64,000 nucleotides of DNA, from positions 64,001 to 128,000 of the forward strand of contig CBDATQ010000001.1 of assembly GCA_965199955.1 (NCBI GenBank), given 5' to 3'. The notes below the pieces were generated by a model. That model was not told the origin of the DNA and did no database searches. It was given only the letters and a program-made list of their open reading frames with translations. The position numbers were made by a program, and so were the translations under genes. Of the stretch, positions 1 through 9,219 are shown piece by piece; within the stretch, counting starts at the first letter, position 1; each line of letters begins with the position of its first letter. The stretch is from Spirochaetia bacterium. Lineage in GTDB: Bacteria; Spirochaetota; Spirochaetia; SZUA-6; Bin103.

Positions 1-659
1 AGCTCCGGCAGCACCCAGTACTTGGTCTGCATCCGCTCGCCGCGATGGATCAGGGTCACACGCGCGCCGGCGCGCTGCAGCTCCAGCGCGGCCTCCGCGG
101 CGGCGCTGCGCCCGCCGATGACGGCCACGGCGCGGTCGTAGTAGGGGTGTCCCTCGTCGAAGCGATGCACGACCTTGGGCAGCTCCTCACCTGGCACCCC
201 CAGCCGCCGCGGCCAGTCGAAGAAGCCGGTGGCGACCACGACGGCGCGCGCGACCGACCGCCGGCTCCGCGATCCGCGCACCGAGGTGACCACGAATCCT
301 TCAGCGCCTCCGGACTCGTCCCGTTCCAGCGCGACCACCCGTTCGTACTGCCGCACCCGCACCGCGAAGCGCTCGGCCACGCGCCGGTAGTACTCGACCG
401 TCTCCGCCCGGGACGGCTTGCGCGCCAGCGTCGCGAACGGCATCCGCGCCAGCTCCAGCCGCTCCGGCGACGAGAAGAACACCATGTTGCGCGGGAAGTG
501 GAAGATCGAGTTGACCAGGCAGCCCTTCTCCAGCAGCACGTAGTCCAGGCCGGCCGCCTCGGCTTGAATCGCGCAGGCCAAGCCGGCCGGGCCCGCGCCG
601 ATGACGATGAGGTCGTGGCCGGTGACTTCGCCGTTTCCGTGTGCGTCCGTGTCTGACAT
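1..659 (-). CDS. YpdA-family FAD-dependent thioredoxin-reductase-like oxidoreductase (putative bacillithiol disulfide reductase), runs off the window edge
   Basis: Not in ORF track; manual translation from ATG 659: MSDTDAHGNGEVTGHDLIVIGAGPAGLACA...LLEKGCLVNSIFHFPRNMVFFSSPERLE...VVVATGFFD...KYWVLPE; GxGxxG FAD motif and YpdA-like EKGCLVNS/FFSS motifs. Confidence 0.8.
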   Translation of the reverse strand, partial: MSDTDAHGNGEVTGHDLIVIGAGPAGLACAIQAEAAGLDYVLLEKGCLVNSIFHFPRNMVFFSSPERLELARMPFATLARKPSRAETVEYYRRVAERFAVRVRQYERVVALERDESGGAEGFVVTSVRGSRSRRSVARAVVVATGFFDWPRRLGVPGEELPKVVHRFDEGHPYYDRAVAVIGGRSAAAEAALELQRAGARVTLIHRGERMQTKYWVLPE

Positions 660-1485
660 CGCTCGCTTCCGCCGCCGTGTACTGGACCACTACCGCCGTC
701 ACGGCCGCCGGTTCCCCTGGCGGCAGACGCGCGACCCGTATCGGATCCTGGTTTCCGAGTTCATGCTACAGCAGACGCAGACGGCGCGCGTGCTCAAGCA
801 CTTCGACCCGTTCGTGGCGCGTTTCCCCGACGCGCGCTCGCTGGCCGCCGCCGACCGTGGCGAGGTGCTGGCGCTGTGGAGCGGCCTTGGCTACAACCGG
901 CGCGCCGTGGCCCTGCACCGCGCCGCGGCGTTGATCGCGAATCGTTTCGGCGGCGAGGTGCCGAGCGGCGAAGAGGATCTGCGGGCGCTGCCGGGCGTCG
1001 GGCCGGCCACCGCCGGGGCGGTGCGGGCCTTCGGCTTCGGGCTGCCGGCCGTGTTCGTGGAGACGAACATCCGCCGCGCCGTCCTGCACGAGCTGTTCCC
1101 GGGTCGCGACCATGTCAGCGACCGCGAGCTTGAGCCGGTGCTGGAGCGGGCGCTCGACCGCGCCGACCCGCGCACCTGGTACCAGGCGCTGATGGATTAC
1201 GGCGCAGCCCTGGGGCGCGGCGGCCCCAACCCCAACCGCCGCTCCGCCCACTACACCCGGCAGAGCCGCTTCGACGGCTCCAACCGCCAGCAGCGCGGAC
1301 TGATCCTGCGCGTGCTGGCCGCACGCGGCCCCCTCTCCTGCGACGAGCTGGCCGGAGCGATCGGCGCCGACGACCGCTCCGGCCGCGAGCGTGCGCTGCG
1401 AAACCTGCGGGCGATGGCGGCCGAAGGCTTCCTCGACATGACCGGAGGCATGGTCGCGCTGGCGACCGGTCGGAGGGAGCCCTAG
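649..1485 (+). CDS. mutY: A/G-specific adenine glycosylase (MutY-like, HhH-GPD), without Fe-S cluster cysteines
   Basis: PWR...DPYRILVSEFMLQQTQ, WSGLGYNRRA, HhH LPGVGPATA, VETNIRR; start GTG 649 estimated (ORF open from 601). Confidence 0.85.
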   Translation: MSDIARFRRRVLDHYRRHGRRFPWRQTRDPYRILVSEFMLQQTQTARVLKHFDPFVARFPDARSLAAADRGEVLALWSGLGYNRRAVALHRAAALIANRFGGEVPSGEEDLRALPGVGPATAGAVRAFGFGLPAVFVETNIRRAVLHELFPGRDHVSDRELEPVLERALDRADPRTWYQALMDYGAALGRGGPNPNRRSAHYTRQSRFDGSNRQQRGLILRVLAARGPLSCDELAGAIGADDRSGRERALRNLRAMAAEGFLDMTGGMVALATGRREP

Positions 1486-1620
1486 ACCGGCTCGGTTCGC
1501 CCCGTGCTTGCCTCGCTCGATCGCCTTCGGTAGCGTCGCAAGGCGCGTCACGTAGTATGACGACAAGAGACACCGGCGCCTCCCGGGAGCGGTCGGCGCG
1601 TGACGGGCCAGGGGGGGGGC

Positions 1621-4449
1621 ATGGCCGAACTGAAGGTCATCAAGCGCACCGGCGAGGTCGTGGGCTTCGACCGGGAGCGGATCGCCACCGCCATCAGCAA
1701 GGCGGTGCGCGCGACCGGAGAGCCGCACATCACCGCCGTTCTGGGAAACGGCACGCTGCACGACCTGCTCACGGATGTCACGACCGAGATCGAAGACCGC
1801 TTCGTCGAGCTGTTTCCCAACGTGGAGAACATCCAGGACATCGTCGAGAAGCACTTGGTCAAGCACGGCCTCTACGAGGTCGCCAAGCGCTACATCCTGT
1901 ACCGCGCCGAGCACCAGAAGGCGCGCGAGGAGCGCAGGGAACAGGTGGCCGAGCGCTCGCTGCTCGGCAAGCTCACCGTGGTCAAGCGCGACGGCCGCTC
2001 GGTGCTGTTCGACATCTCGGAGATCCAGCAGGCTATCCAGGAGTGCGCGCACGGCTTCGACCAGTCCGGCAGCAAGGGCGAGATCGACGTCGATCTGATC
2101 GCCCGCGAGACGGTGCGCAACGTCTTCGACGGCATCTCCACCGCCGACATCGACCGGGCGGTGCTGCTGGCCGCCTCCTCGTTCATCGAGCGCGACCCCG
2201 CCTACGCCAAGGTGGCCGCCCGGCTGTTCCTGCGCCGCATCTACCGCGAGGTGATCGGCGTCGCCCGCAGCCACGAGGACGGCTACCGGCAGGCGTTCGT
2301 GCGCGGCATCCGCCGTGGCGTCGATCAGGGCCTGTACGACGAGCGCCTCCTGGAGTTCAACCTGGGCCGGCTGGCCGAATCGCTCGATACCGCGCGCGAC
2401 GACCTGCTCAACTTCATGGGCGTGCAGACCCTGCACGAGCGCTACTTCGCCCGCGCCGGCGGTGTGCTGCTGGAGACGCCGCAGGCGTTCTGGATGCGCG
2501 TTGCGATGGGGCTGGCCGTGCTGGAGGAGGACCGCGACGAGCGCGCCGTGGCCTTCTACCAGGCGATCTCCTCCCTGCGTTTCGTGCCGTCGACGCCCAC
2601 GCTGTTCCATTCCGGAACCACCCGCCCGCAGCTCTCCTCGTGCTTCCTGACCACGGTGGAGGACGACCTGGAGCACATCTTCAAGTCGTTCGCTGACAAC
2701 GCGCAGCTCTCCAAGTGGTCGGGCGGCCTGGGCAACGACTGGTCGTCGATCCGCGGCACCGGCGCCCACATCAGGAGCACCAACGTCGAGAGCCAGGGCG
2801 TGATCCCGTTCCTGAAGATCGCCAGCGACGTGACCCTGGCGATCAACCGCTCCGGCAAGCGGCGGGGGGCCACCTGCGCCTACCTGGAGACCTGGCACCT
2901 GGACATCGAGGATTTCCTGGACCTGCGCCGCAACACCGGCGACGAGCGCCGCCGCACGCACGACATGAACACGGCCAACTGGATCCCGGACCTGTTCATG
3001 AAGCGGGTGGCCGACGACGCCGAGTGGACGCTGTTCTCGCCGGACGAAACCCCGGACCTGCACGACCTGTACGGGCAGGCCTTCGAGCAGCGCTACGCCG
3101 AGTACGAGCGCAAGGCGCGCGCCGGGCTGCTTGCGCGGACCCGCACCGTCTCCGCGCTGAAGCTCTGGCGCAAGATGCTGTCGATGCTGTTCGAGACCGG
3201 CCATCCCTGGATCACCTTCAAGGACCCGTCGAACATCCGCTCGCCGCAGGACCACGCCGGCGTCGTGCACAGCTCCAACCTGTGCACGGAAATCACCCTC
3301 AACACCTCGCGGGAGGAGACGGCGGTCTGCAACCTGGGCTCCGTGAACCTGGAGAAGCACGTGGTCGACGGCGTGCTGCAGGCGGATTCGCTGGTTGTCA
3401 CCGTCGAGACCGCGATGCGGATGCTGGACAATGTGATCGACGTCTGCTTCTACCCCACCCCGGAGGCGCGCGTGTCGAACCTCCGCCACCGGCCGGTCGG
3501 CCTGGGCGTGATGGGGTTCGCCGACGCCCTGTTCAAGCTGGACATCCCCTTCGAGTCACAGGAGGCGATCGCGTTCGCCGACCGCTCCATGGAGCTGATC
3601 GCCCACAGCGCCATCCTGGGCTCCTCGCGCCTGGCCGCCGACCGCGGGACCTACGACAGCTATGCCGGCTCCAAGTGGGAGCGCGGCCTGCTGCCGCAGG
3701 ACACCCTGGACCTGCTGGAGGCCGAGCGCGGCCTGCCGGTCGAGGTGGCGCGCGGCGGCGAGCTGGACTGGGAGCCGGTGCGCCGGCACGTGCGCGAACA
3801 CGGCATGCGCAACTCCAACACCATGGCGATCGCCCCGACGGCGACCATCTCCACCATCTCCGGCTGCTTCCCGTCGATCGAGCCGATCTACCAGAACGTC
3901 TACGTCAAGTCGAACATCTCCGGCGAGTTCACGGTCGCCAATCCCTACCTGGTGGGCGACCTCAAGCAGGCCGGCCTGTGGGACCGCGAGATGTTCGAGC
4001 AGTTGAAGTTCCACGACGGCAGCGTGCAGGCGCTTCACGCGATCCCGGCGCCGCTGCGCGCCAAGTACCGGACCGCGTTCGAGGTCGACCCCCTGCACTG
4101 CCTGCGCATGACCGCCGCGCGCAGCAAGTGGATCGACCAGAGCCAGTCGCACAACGTGTTCATGCGCGGCACCTCCGGGCAGGCGCTGAGCGAGATCTAC
4201 CAGACCGCGTGGAAGCTGGGCCTGAAGACCACCTACTACCTGCGCACGCTGGCCGCCAGCCAGGTGGAGAAGTCCACCCTGGGCAGCGAGTACGGCTTCA
4301 CCCAGAAGCGCGCCAATGACGCCGCCGCCAACGGCGCGCCGGCGCCGGCCGGGCAGTCCGCGGCCACACCGACCGCGGACAGCAAGCCGCAGAACGGCCA
4401 GGACGCCGCGGCCTGCAACCTGGACGAAGACTGCGAGGCCTGCCAGTAG
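1621..4449 (+). CDS. nrdA: Ribonucleoside-diphosphate reductase alpha subunit with two N-terminal ATP cones
   Basis: Cones VIKRTG and VVKRDG; QLSSCF, SSNLCTEI, AVCNLGS, APTATIS, TTYY, C-terminal CEAC. Confidence 0.95.
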   Translation: MAELKVIKRTGEVVGFDRERIATAISKAVRATGEPHITAVLGNGTLHDLLTDVTTEIEDRFVELFPNVENIQDIVEKHLVKHGLYEVAKRYILYRAEHQKAREERREQVAERSLLGKLTVVKRDGRSVLFDISEIQQAIQECAHGFDQSGSKGEIDVDLIARETVRNVFDGISTADIDRAVLLAASSFIERDPAYAKVAARLFLRRIYREVIGVARSHEDGYRQAFVRGIRRGVDQGLYDERLLEFNLGRLAESLDTARDDLLNFMGVQTLHERYFARAGGVLLETPQAFWMRVAMGLAVLEEDRDERAVAFYQAISSLRFVPSTPTLFHSGTTRPQLSSCFLTTVEDDLEHIFKSFADNAQLSKWSGGLGNDWSSIRGTGAHIRSTNVESQGVIPFLKIASDVTLAINRSGKRRGATCAYLETWHLDIEDFLDLRRNTGDERRRTHDMNTANWIPDLFMKRVADDAEWTLFSPDETPDLHDLYGQAFEQRYAEYERKARAGLLARTRTVSALKLWRKMLSMLFETGHPWITFKDPSNIRSPQDHAGVVHSSNLCTEITLNTSREETAVCNLGSVNLEKHVVDGVLQADSLVVTVETAMRMLDNVIDVCFYPTPEARVSNLRHRPVGLGVMGFADALFKLDIPFESQEAIAFADRSMELIAHSAILGSSRLAADRGTYDSYAGSKWERGLLPQDTLDLLEAERGLPVEVARGGELDWEPVRRHVREHGMRNSNTMAIAPTATISTISGCFPSIEPIYQNVYVKSNISGEFTVANPYLVGDLKQAGLWDREMFEQLKFHDGSVQALHAIPAPLRAKYRTAFEVDPLHCLRMTAARSKWIDQSQSHNVFMRGTSGQALSEIYQTAWKLGLKTTYYLRTLAASQVEKSTLGSEYGFTQKRANDAAANGAPAPAGQSAATPTADSKPQNGQDAAACNLDEDCEACQ

Positions 4450-4454
4450 CGCCG

Positions 4455-5450
4455 ATGGGCATCATCAACAACACCGCCACCGACCCCAACAAGATTCTGC
4501 CGCTCCGCTATCAGTGGGCGCGCGGCTACTACAAGGCGGGGGTGGCCAACAACTGGGTGCCGGAAGAGGTGTCGATGCAGAAGGACGTCGAGCAGTGGAA
4601 GGCGCCCGACGTGCTCTCCGACGACGAGCGGCGGCTCATCCTCTGGAACCTGGGCTTCTTCTCCACCGCCGAGTCCCTGACCGCCAACAACATCGTCCTG
4701 GCCGTGTACACGCACGTGACCAACCCGGAGTGCCGCCAGTACCTGCTGCGGCAGGCGTTCGAGGAGGCCATCCACACCGACACCTTCATATACTGCTGCG
4801 ACAGCCTGGGGCTGGATCCGGACGAGATCTACCCCATGTACCGGACCATCCCGTCGATCGAGCGCAAGGACTCGATGGTCATCGAGATGACCCGCTCGAT
4901 CTTCGCGCCCGGCTTCACGACCGCCACCGGGCAGGGGGTGCGCGACCTGCTGCACGACCTGGTCGGCTACTACGTGATCATGGAGGGGATCTTCTTCTAC
5001 GCCGGCTTCGCGATGATGCTGGCCCTCAAGCGCCAGAACAAGATGGTGGGCGTCGGCGAGCAGTTCGAGTTCATCATGCGCGACGAGAGCGTGCACCTGG
5101 CGTTCGGCTCCGACCTGATCAACACGATCAAGGCCGAGTACCCGGACACCTGGACGCCGGCCTTCCAGGACGAGCTGATCGACCTGATCCGCCGCGGCGT
5201 CGAGTTGGAAGCCGCCTACGCCCGCGACGCCTGCCCGCGCGGCCTGCTGGGCATCAACGCCGACCAGTTCGCCGCCTACGTCGAGTTCATCGCCGACCGC
5301 CGCGTGGAGCGCATCGGCCTGCCCCGGCAGTACGAGCGCGAGAACCCCTTCCCGTGGATGGCGCACGCCATCGACCTCAACAAGGAAAAGAACTTCTTCG
5401 AGACCCGCGTCACCGAGTACCAGACCGCGGGTTCCCTCACCTGGGACTGA
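4455..5450 (+). CDS. nrdB: Ribonucleotide reductase beta subunit, class Ic (R2c)-type
   Basis: FFSTAESL, EEAIHTDTF, MEGIFFY, RDESVH, NFFETRVTEY; 5 nt after nrdA. Confidence 0.93.
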   Translation: MGIINNTATDPNKILPLRYQWARGYYKAGVANNWVPEEVSMQKDVEQWKAPDVLSDDERRLILWNLGFFSTAESLTANNIVLAVYTHVTNPECRQYLLRQAFEEAIHTDTFIYCCDSLGLDPDEIYPMYRTIPSIERKDSMVIEMTRSIFAPGFTTATGQGVRDLLHDLVGYYVIMEGIFFYAGFAMMLALKRQNKMVGVGEQFEFIMRDESVHLAFGSDLINTIKAEYPDTWTPAFQDELIDLIRRGVELEAAYARDACPRGLLGINADQFAAYVEFIADRRVERIGLPRQYERENPFPWMAHAIDLNKEKNFFETRVTEYQTAGSLTWD

Positions 5451-5591
5451 CCTCCGGCAGAGACGGCCGGGTTCCCTCGGACCGATCGTCACGAGATTTT
5501 TTCGTGGCATCGCTTGACGATTGGCGCAGTCGTCGGCCATCTTGGACGGATCGACCGTGATGAAATCACGTATCGATGGAGAGGCGATCTC

Positions 5592-6917
5592 ATGATAGTC
5601 AGTTTCTCGGTCGAGAACTGGATGTCCTTCCGCGACCGGGCCACCCTGTCAATGGTCGCGACCCGTGAGCGCCAGCATGCCGAGCGCTTGGCGCGGCCTG
5701 AGAAGTACCAGATGAGGGTTCTGCCGGCCATGGCGCTTTACGGCGGTAATGCCTCCGGCAAGACCAACCTCTTCAAGGCGCTGGCCTTCGTGAAAGCCCT
5801 GATCGTCAACGCCACCCAGCCCGACAGCCGAATCCCGGTGATCCCTTTCCTGCTGGACACGGAGTGCGTCAAGCAGCCATCGCGCTTCGATCTCGAACTC
5901 CTGATAGACGAAGTGGTCTATGCCCTCACTTTCTCGGTCACCTCCGACACCGTGCTTGAGGAACGCTTGGTGCGAATCGGAAGCAGCACCGAGCGGACGC
6001 TCTATCATCGACACCACGGGCAGTGCGAGTTCGACCCATCCCTCGACGAGGAACCGCAGTTTCTGAACTTCGCGTTTCGAGGGACCCGTGACAACCAGCT
6101 CTTCCTGACCAACTCGGTGTCGCAGAACGTACAGCAGTTCAGGCCTGTCTACGACTGGTTCAAAGACCGCCTGAGGATGATCGCTCCCGACTCACGATTC
6201 CAAGCGGGAGAGCTGTTTTTCCTTCAGGATCATCCCGCCACGGTGAACATGAACGAGATGCTGAGAGTCCTCGATACCGGGATAACTCAACTAGGCAGCA
6301 GGCAGGTGCCTTTCGAGAGCATCCCGATTCCGGAGTCGGCGAAGAGCAAGATCGAGGAACTGACAGGTGAAGGAGAAGTCGTGTCTGTGCGCGATTCAGT
6401 CAACACGTACCTGGTGGTTCGCAAGAAGGACGATCTGATCGCCCTGAAACGAGTCACCGCCCACCGCAGGACTGATGGTACGGAAGCCACCTTCGATGTT
6501 GCTCAGGAATCGGACGGATCACAACGGCTCATCGATCTCCTGCCCGCGTTCCACGATCTTTCTGCCGGCCAGTCGAAGAGCGTCTACGTCATCGACGAGA
6601 TGGACCGCAGCCTGCACACCTTGCTGACTCGACGGCTGCTCGAGGACTATCTCGCTTCCTGTACGGCCGGGTCCCGGACGCAACTGCTGCTTACGACCCA
6701 TGATGTGCTGCTGATGGACCAGCGCTGGCTGCGCCGCGATGAGATGTGGGTAACGGAGCGTGCCGCTCACGGCGCGTCAGGCCTCTTCTCCTTCAGCGAA
6801 TACCGGGACGTCCGGTACGACAAGGACATCCGCAAGAGCTATCTGCAGGGACGATTGGGCGGCATCCCTCGTATAACACCGGCGGGATCGATGCAGATTG
6901 GCACGGAAGAGACGTAG
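5592..6917 (+). CDS. AAA_21/RloA-like ABC-type ATPase (putative abortive infection/defence)
   Basis: Walker A YGGNASGKTN, ESDGSQR signature, Walker B VYVIDEMDRSLH, TTHD, C-terminal YLQGRLGGIP. Confidence 0.85.
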   Translation: MIVSFSVENWMSFRDRATLSMVATRERQHAERLARPEKYQMRVLPAMALYGGNASGKTNLFKALAFVKALIVNATQPDSRIPVIPFLLDTECVKQPSRFDLELLIDEVVYALTFSVTSDTVLEERLVRIGSSTERTLYHRHHGQCEFDPSLDEEPQFLNFAFRGTRDNQLFLTNSVSQNVQQFRPVYDWFKDRLRMIAPDSRFQAGELFFLQDHPATVNMNEMLRVLDTGITQLGSRQVPFESIPIPESAKSKIEELTGEGEVVSVRDSVNTYLVVRKKDDLIALKRVTAHRRTDGTEATFDVAQESDGSQRLIDLLPAFHDLSAGQSKSVYVIDEMDRSLHTLLTRRLLEDYLASCTAGSRTQLLLTTHDVLLMDQRWLRRDEMWVTERAAHGASGLFSFSEYRDVRYDKDIRKSYLQGRLGGIPRITPAGSMQIGTEET

Positions 6918-7512
6918 CTTCCGAAGGCCGGCCGGCCGACGGCGCTATCGGAAACTGTATGTCATCGCTACGGAGGGTCGTAAGACCGAGCCGAGCTACT
7001 TCGCAATTTTCAACGATCAGTCAGTGATTCACGCGCACTGCGTGAAAGGCGACGACCAGAGCTCCCCGCTGCACGTGTTGCAGCGCATGGAGCAATACCT
7101 CCAGCGTCACGAAATCACGAAGACCGATGAGGCTTGGCTGGTGGTCGACAAGGATGGATGGTCTGACGAGCAGTTAGTCGAACTCTACCAGTGGTCACAA
7201 AGAGCGCGCAACCGCGGTCTCGCTCTCAGTAATCGCAAGTTCGAGTACTGGCTGCTGCTCCACTTCGAGGACGCAACCGACATCGGTTCGTCACGCGACT
7301 TGTCCCGCCGGCTGCGACGACATCTCCCCAACTATGACAAGGGCGTCGATGGCCGCAAGCTCACCAAGGACATGATCCGTCTGGCAGTTACCCGAGCGAA
7401 GGAGCGGGATCTTCCTCCATGTGTGGATTGGCCACGTGCGCCGTGGCGCACGACCGTCTACCGGCTCGTAGATAACATTCTCCGATCGCAAGCCGCATCG
7501 CGGCAAACGTAG
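6898..7512 (+). CDS. RloB-family (TOPRIM-like) protein
   Basis: IATEGRKTEPSYF, WLVVDKD, SNRKFEYWLLLHF, PNYDKG, TTVYRLV; overlaps ATPase stop. Confidence 0.85.
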   Translation: MARKRRSFRRPAGRRRYRKLYVIATEGRKTEPSYFAIFNDQSVIHAHCVKGDDQSSPLHVLQRMEQYLQRHEITKTDEAWLVVDKDGWSDEQLVELYQWSQRARNRGLALSNRKFEYWLLLHFEDATDIGSSRDLSRRLRRHLPNYDKGVDGRKLTKDMIRLAVTRAKERDLPPCVDWPRAPWRTTVYRLVDNILRSQAASRQT

Positions 7513-7727
7513 CAGATCGGCCGGCTCAATAGCATCATCCCAGAGTCGGTTTCCTCGGCACTCTCCCGGTCACGGAGCCGATTGACCAGATGGAGGACCG
7601 GGGCCGGCCCGTCCTGAGCCGGAAAGATCGATACCCCACTCCCGAATCCCGGCGCGCTCTCCGGCTGCAACTCCTCGAGAATCAGTTCCGAAGCGACCTC
7701 TCCCAGCGACACTGCGCATCGCACGCG

Positions 7728-8621
7728 TCAGCGGGTCGTCTCGTTCCGCTCGGACCGCTTTCGGGACAGCGCCAGGCCGGCGACGATCATGACCAAGGCC
7801 ACCGGCGCGCTCGCATGGATGCGCTCGCCGAGCACGGTGGCGATCAGGATCAGTGACAGGAACGGCGACAGGAAGATGAGCTGGCCCAGCCGGCCGGCCA
7901 CTGCGGTCAGCGCGAGCGCGCGCTGCCAGAGCACGAAGGCGACGCCCATCTCCACTAGGCCGACCCAGGCGCCGTAGGCCATATTCGCCGGCGTGATCGC
8001 CGGCAGGCCGACCGTGGCGGCGCAGATCGCGCCGATCGCCACCGTGGCCGCGGCAAAGCCGTTCAGCATGAGCGGCACCGCGTGAGCGCCGACCTTCACC
8101 GTGAGCAGCCAGTACCCGGCCCAGAGGACGGTGCTGCCCAGCGCCAGCGCGACCCCGACGGTATCGAAACGGCCCAACCCGGCGGACCCGCCGCGGGTCA
8201 AGAGGACGGCGACGCCAGCGTAGCTGACCGCGACGCCGATCCAGCCGCGCAGGGACAGACGCTGCTTCAGCACCGGGATCGCCAGCAGCGCCAGCGTCAC
8301 GGCCCAGAGGTAGTTGAGTGGTTGCGCGATCTGCGCGGGCAGGCGGTCGTATGCCTCGAACAGCACCAGGTAGTAGCCGAGCGGGTTGAGCAGCCCCAGG
8401 GCCGTCGCGCGCACGTGCTGCCGCAGGCTCATCGGCGCCGTGACGAAGGGTCGCGCCGCGGCGAAGAACGCCAGCGCCACCACGCAGCCCAGGAACAGGA
8501 GCTGCACCGGCTGCAGCTCCCGCAGTCCCAGCTTGAAGCCGGTCGCGACCGTCGACCAGAGCGCGACGCTGATCAGGGCGTAGAGCAGCGCCCGCCGCTC
8601 GCGCCCCGCTGTCGCTACCAG
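7728..8621 (-). CDS. DMT/EamA-family transporter
   Basis: Multiple hydrophobic helices, AQPLNYLW, LIFLSPFLS; frame extends upstream of ORF-track start (ALLYALISVALWSTVATGFK) but only a CTG at 8621 is available as start. Confidence 0.8.
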   Translation of the reverse strand: MVATAGRERRALLYALISVALWSTVATGFKLGLRELQPVQLLFLGCVVALAFFAAARPFVTAPMSLRQHVRATALGLLNPLGYYLVLFEAYDRLPAQIAQPLNYLWAVTLALLAIPVLKQRLSLRGWIGVAVSYAGVAVLLTRGGSAGLGRFDTVGVALALGSTVLWAGYWLLTVKVGAHAVPLMLNGFAAATVAIGAICAATVGLPAITPANMAYGAWVGLVEMGVAFVLWQRALALTAVAGRLGQLIFLSPFLSLILIATVLGERIHASAPVALVMIVAGLALSRKRSERNETTR

Positions 8622-8979
8622 ATGTGCTGAAGCGCGACCGCACCGCCCGCAAGCGGAGAGGCGACCTGGCCGTATCCGGACTCAAGCTCCGTCAGGCCTT
8701 CCTCCGAGCGGGCGTACACGGTCACGCGCCGTGCCTCGGGATCGACGATCCAGTACTCGCCCACTCCGGCGCGAACGGAGCCCGCCCCCTTCCGGTGCGG
8801 ACGAAAAGGGTCCGCAGGATCTCGTTGATCTCCGCCGCGATCCGTTGGTGGTCGATGCTCGGAGCCGGACTCACGTAGTGATCGCCATCGATGATCTCGT
8901 GCCGGTCACGCTCCTCGGGGATCAGCGCGTACTCCGTGTAGGTGAGCTTCTTCCGTTTGCCTGCTACAACGACCGCCAT
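8615..8979 (-). pseudogene. Uma2-family (PDDEXK) endonuclease pseudogene with internal deletion and frameshift
   Basis: N-term LTYTEY...HEIIDG...SPAPSIDHQRI joined out of frame to C-term AGVGEYWIVDPEARRVTVY...QHIW*; central PD/VEILSP core missing. Confidence 0.85.
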
Positions 8980-8984
8980 GCCTC

Positions 8985-9015
8985 CAACCCTTGGAAACGC
9001 AACCCTTGGAAACGC
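8985..9015. repeat. 15-bp tandem duplication CAACCCTTGGAAACG x2
   Basis: Read directly at 8985-8999 and 9000-9014, just upstream of the Uma2 RBS. Confidence 0.9.
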
Positions 9016-9219
9016 TCCGGCCAGTGTGAACCGATGAGCGCCACAGTGTCACCATACCTGTCGTCTCACGGACGTCGGCGTCGATCGCTGCACGGGGCGC
9101 CAACGGCGCGCATCCAGCCGACTGACGTTGCCGGTCCAGCTCGACCACGCCCTGTGTCAACTGCTCCTTGCGCCATCGTGCGACATCCTCGGGGAATCTG
9201 ATTCGGGACCGGTATCCGA

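Noticed and set aside
1490..1620. NrdR boxes or cobalamin riboswitch upstream of nrdA
   Set aside because: No convincing match to either consensus
766..3489. 907-aa minus-strand ORF, and similar long antisense ORFs (32717-36193, 59186-62674, 26755-28998, 17452-19350)
   Set aside because: Shadow frames opposite well-supported genes; long open antisense frames are expected at this GC content and show no family motifs
7520..7720. Short ORFs downstream of RloB as a third defence gene
   Set aside because: They overlap neighbours and show no motif; cannot be supported
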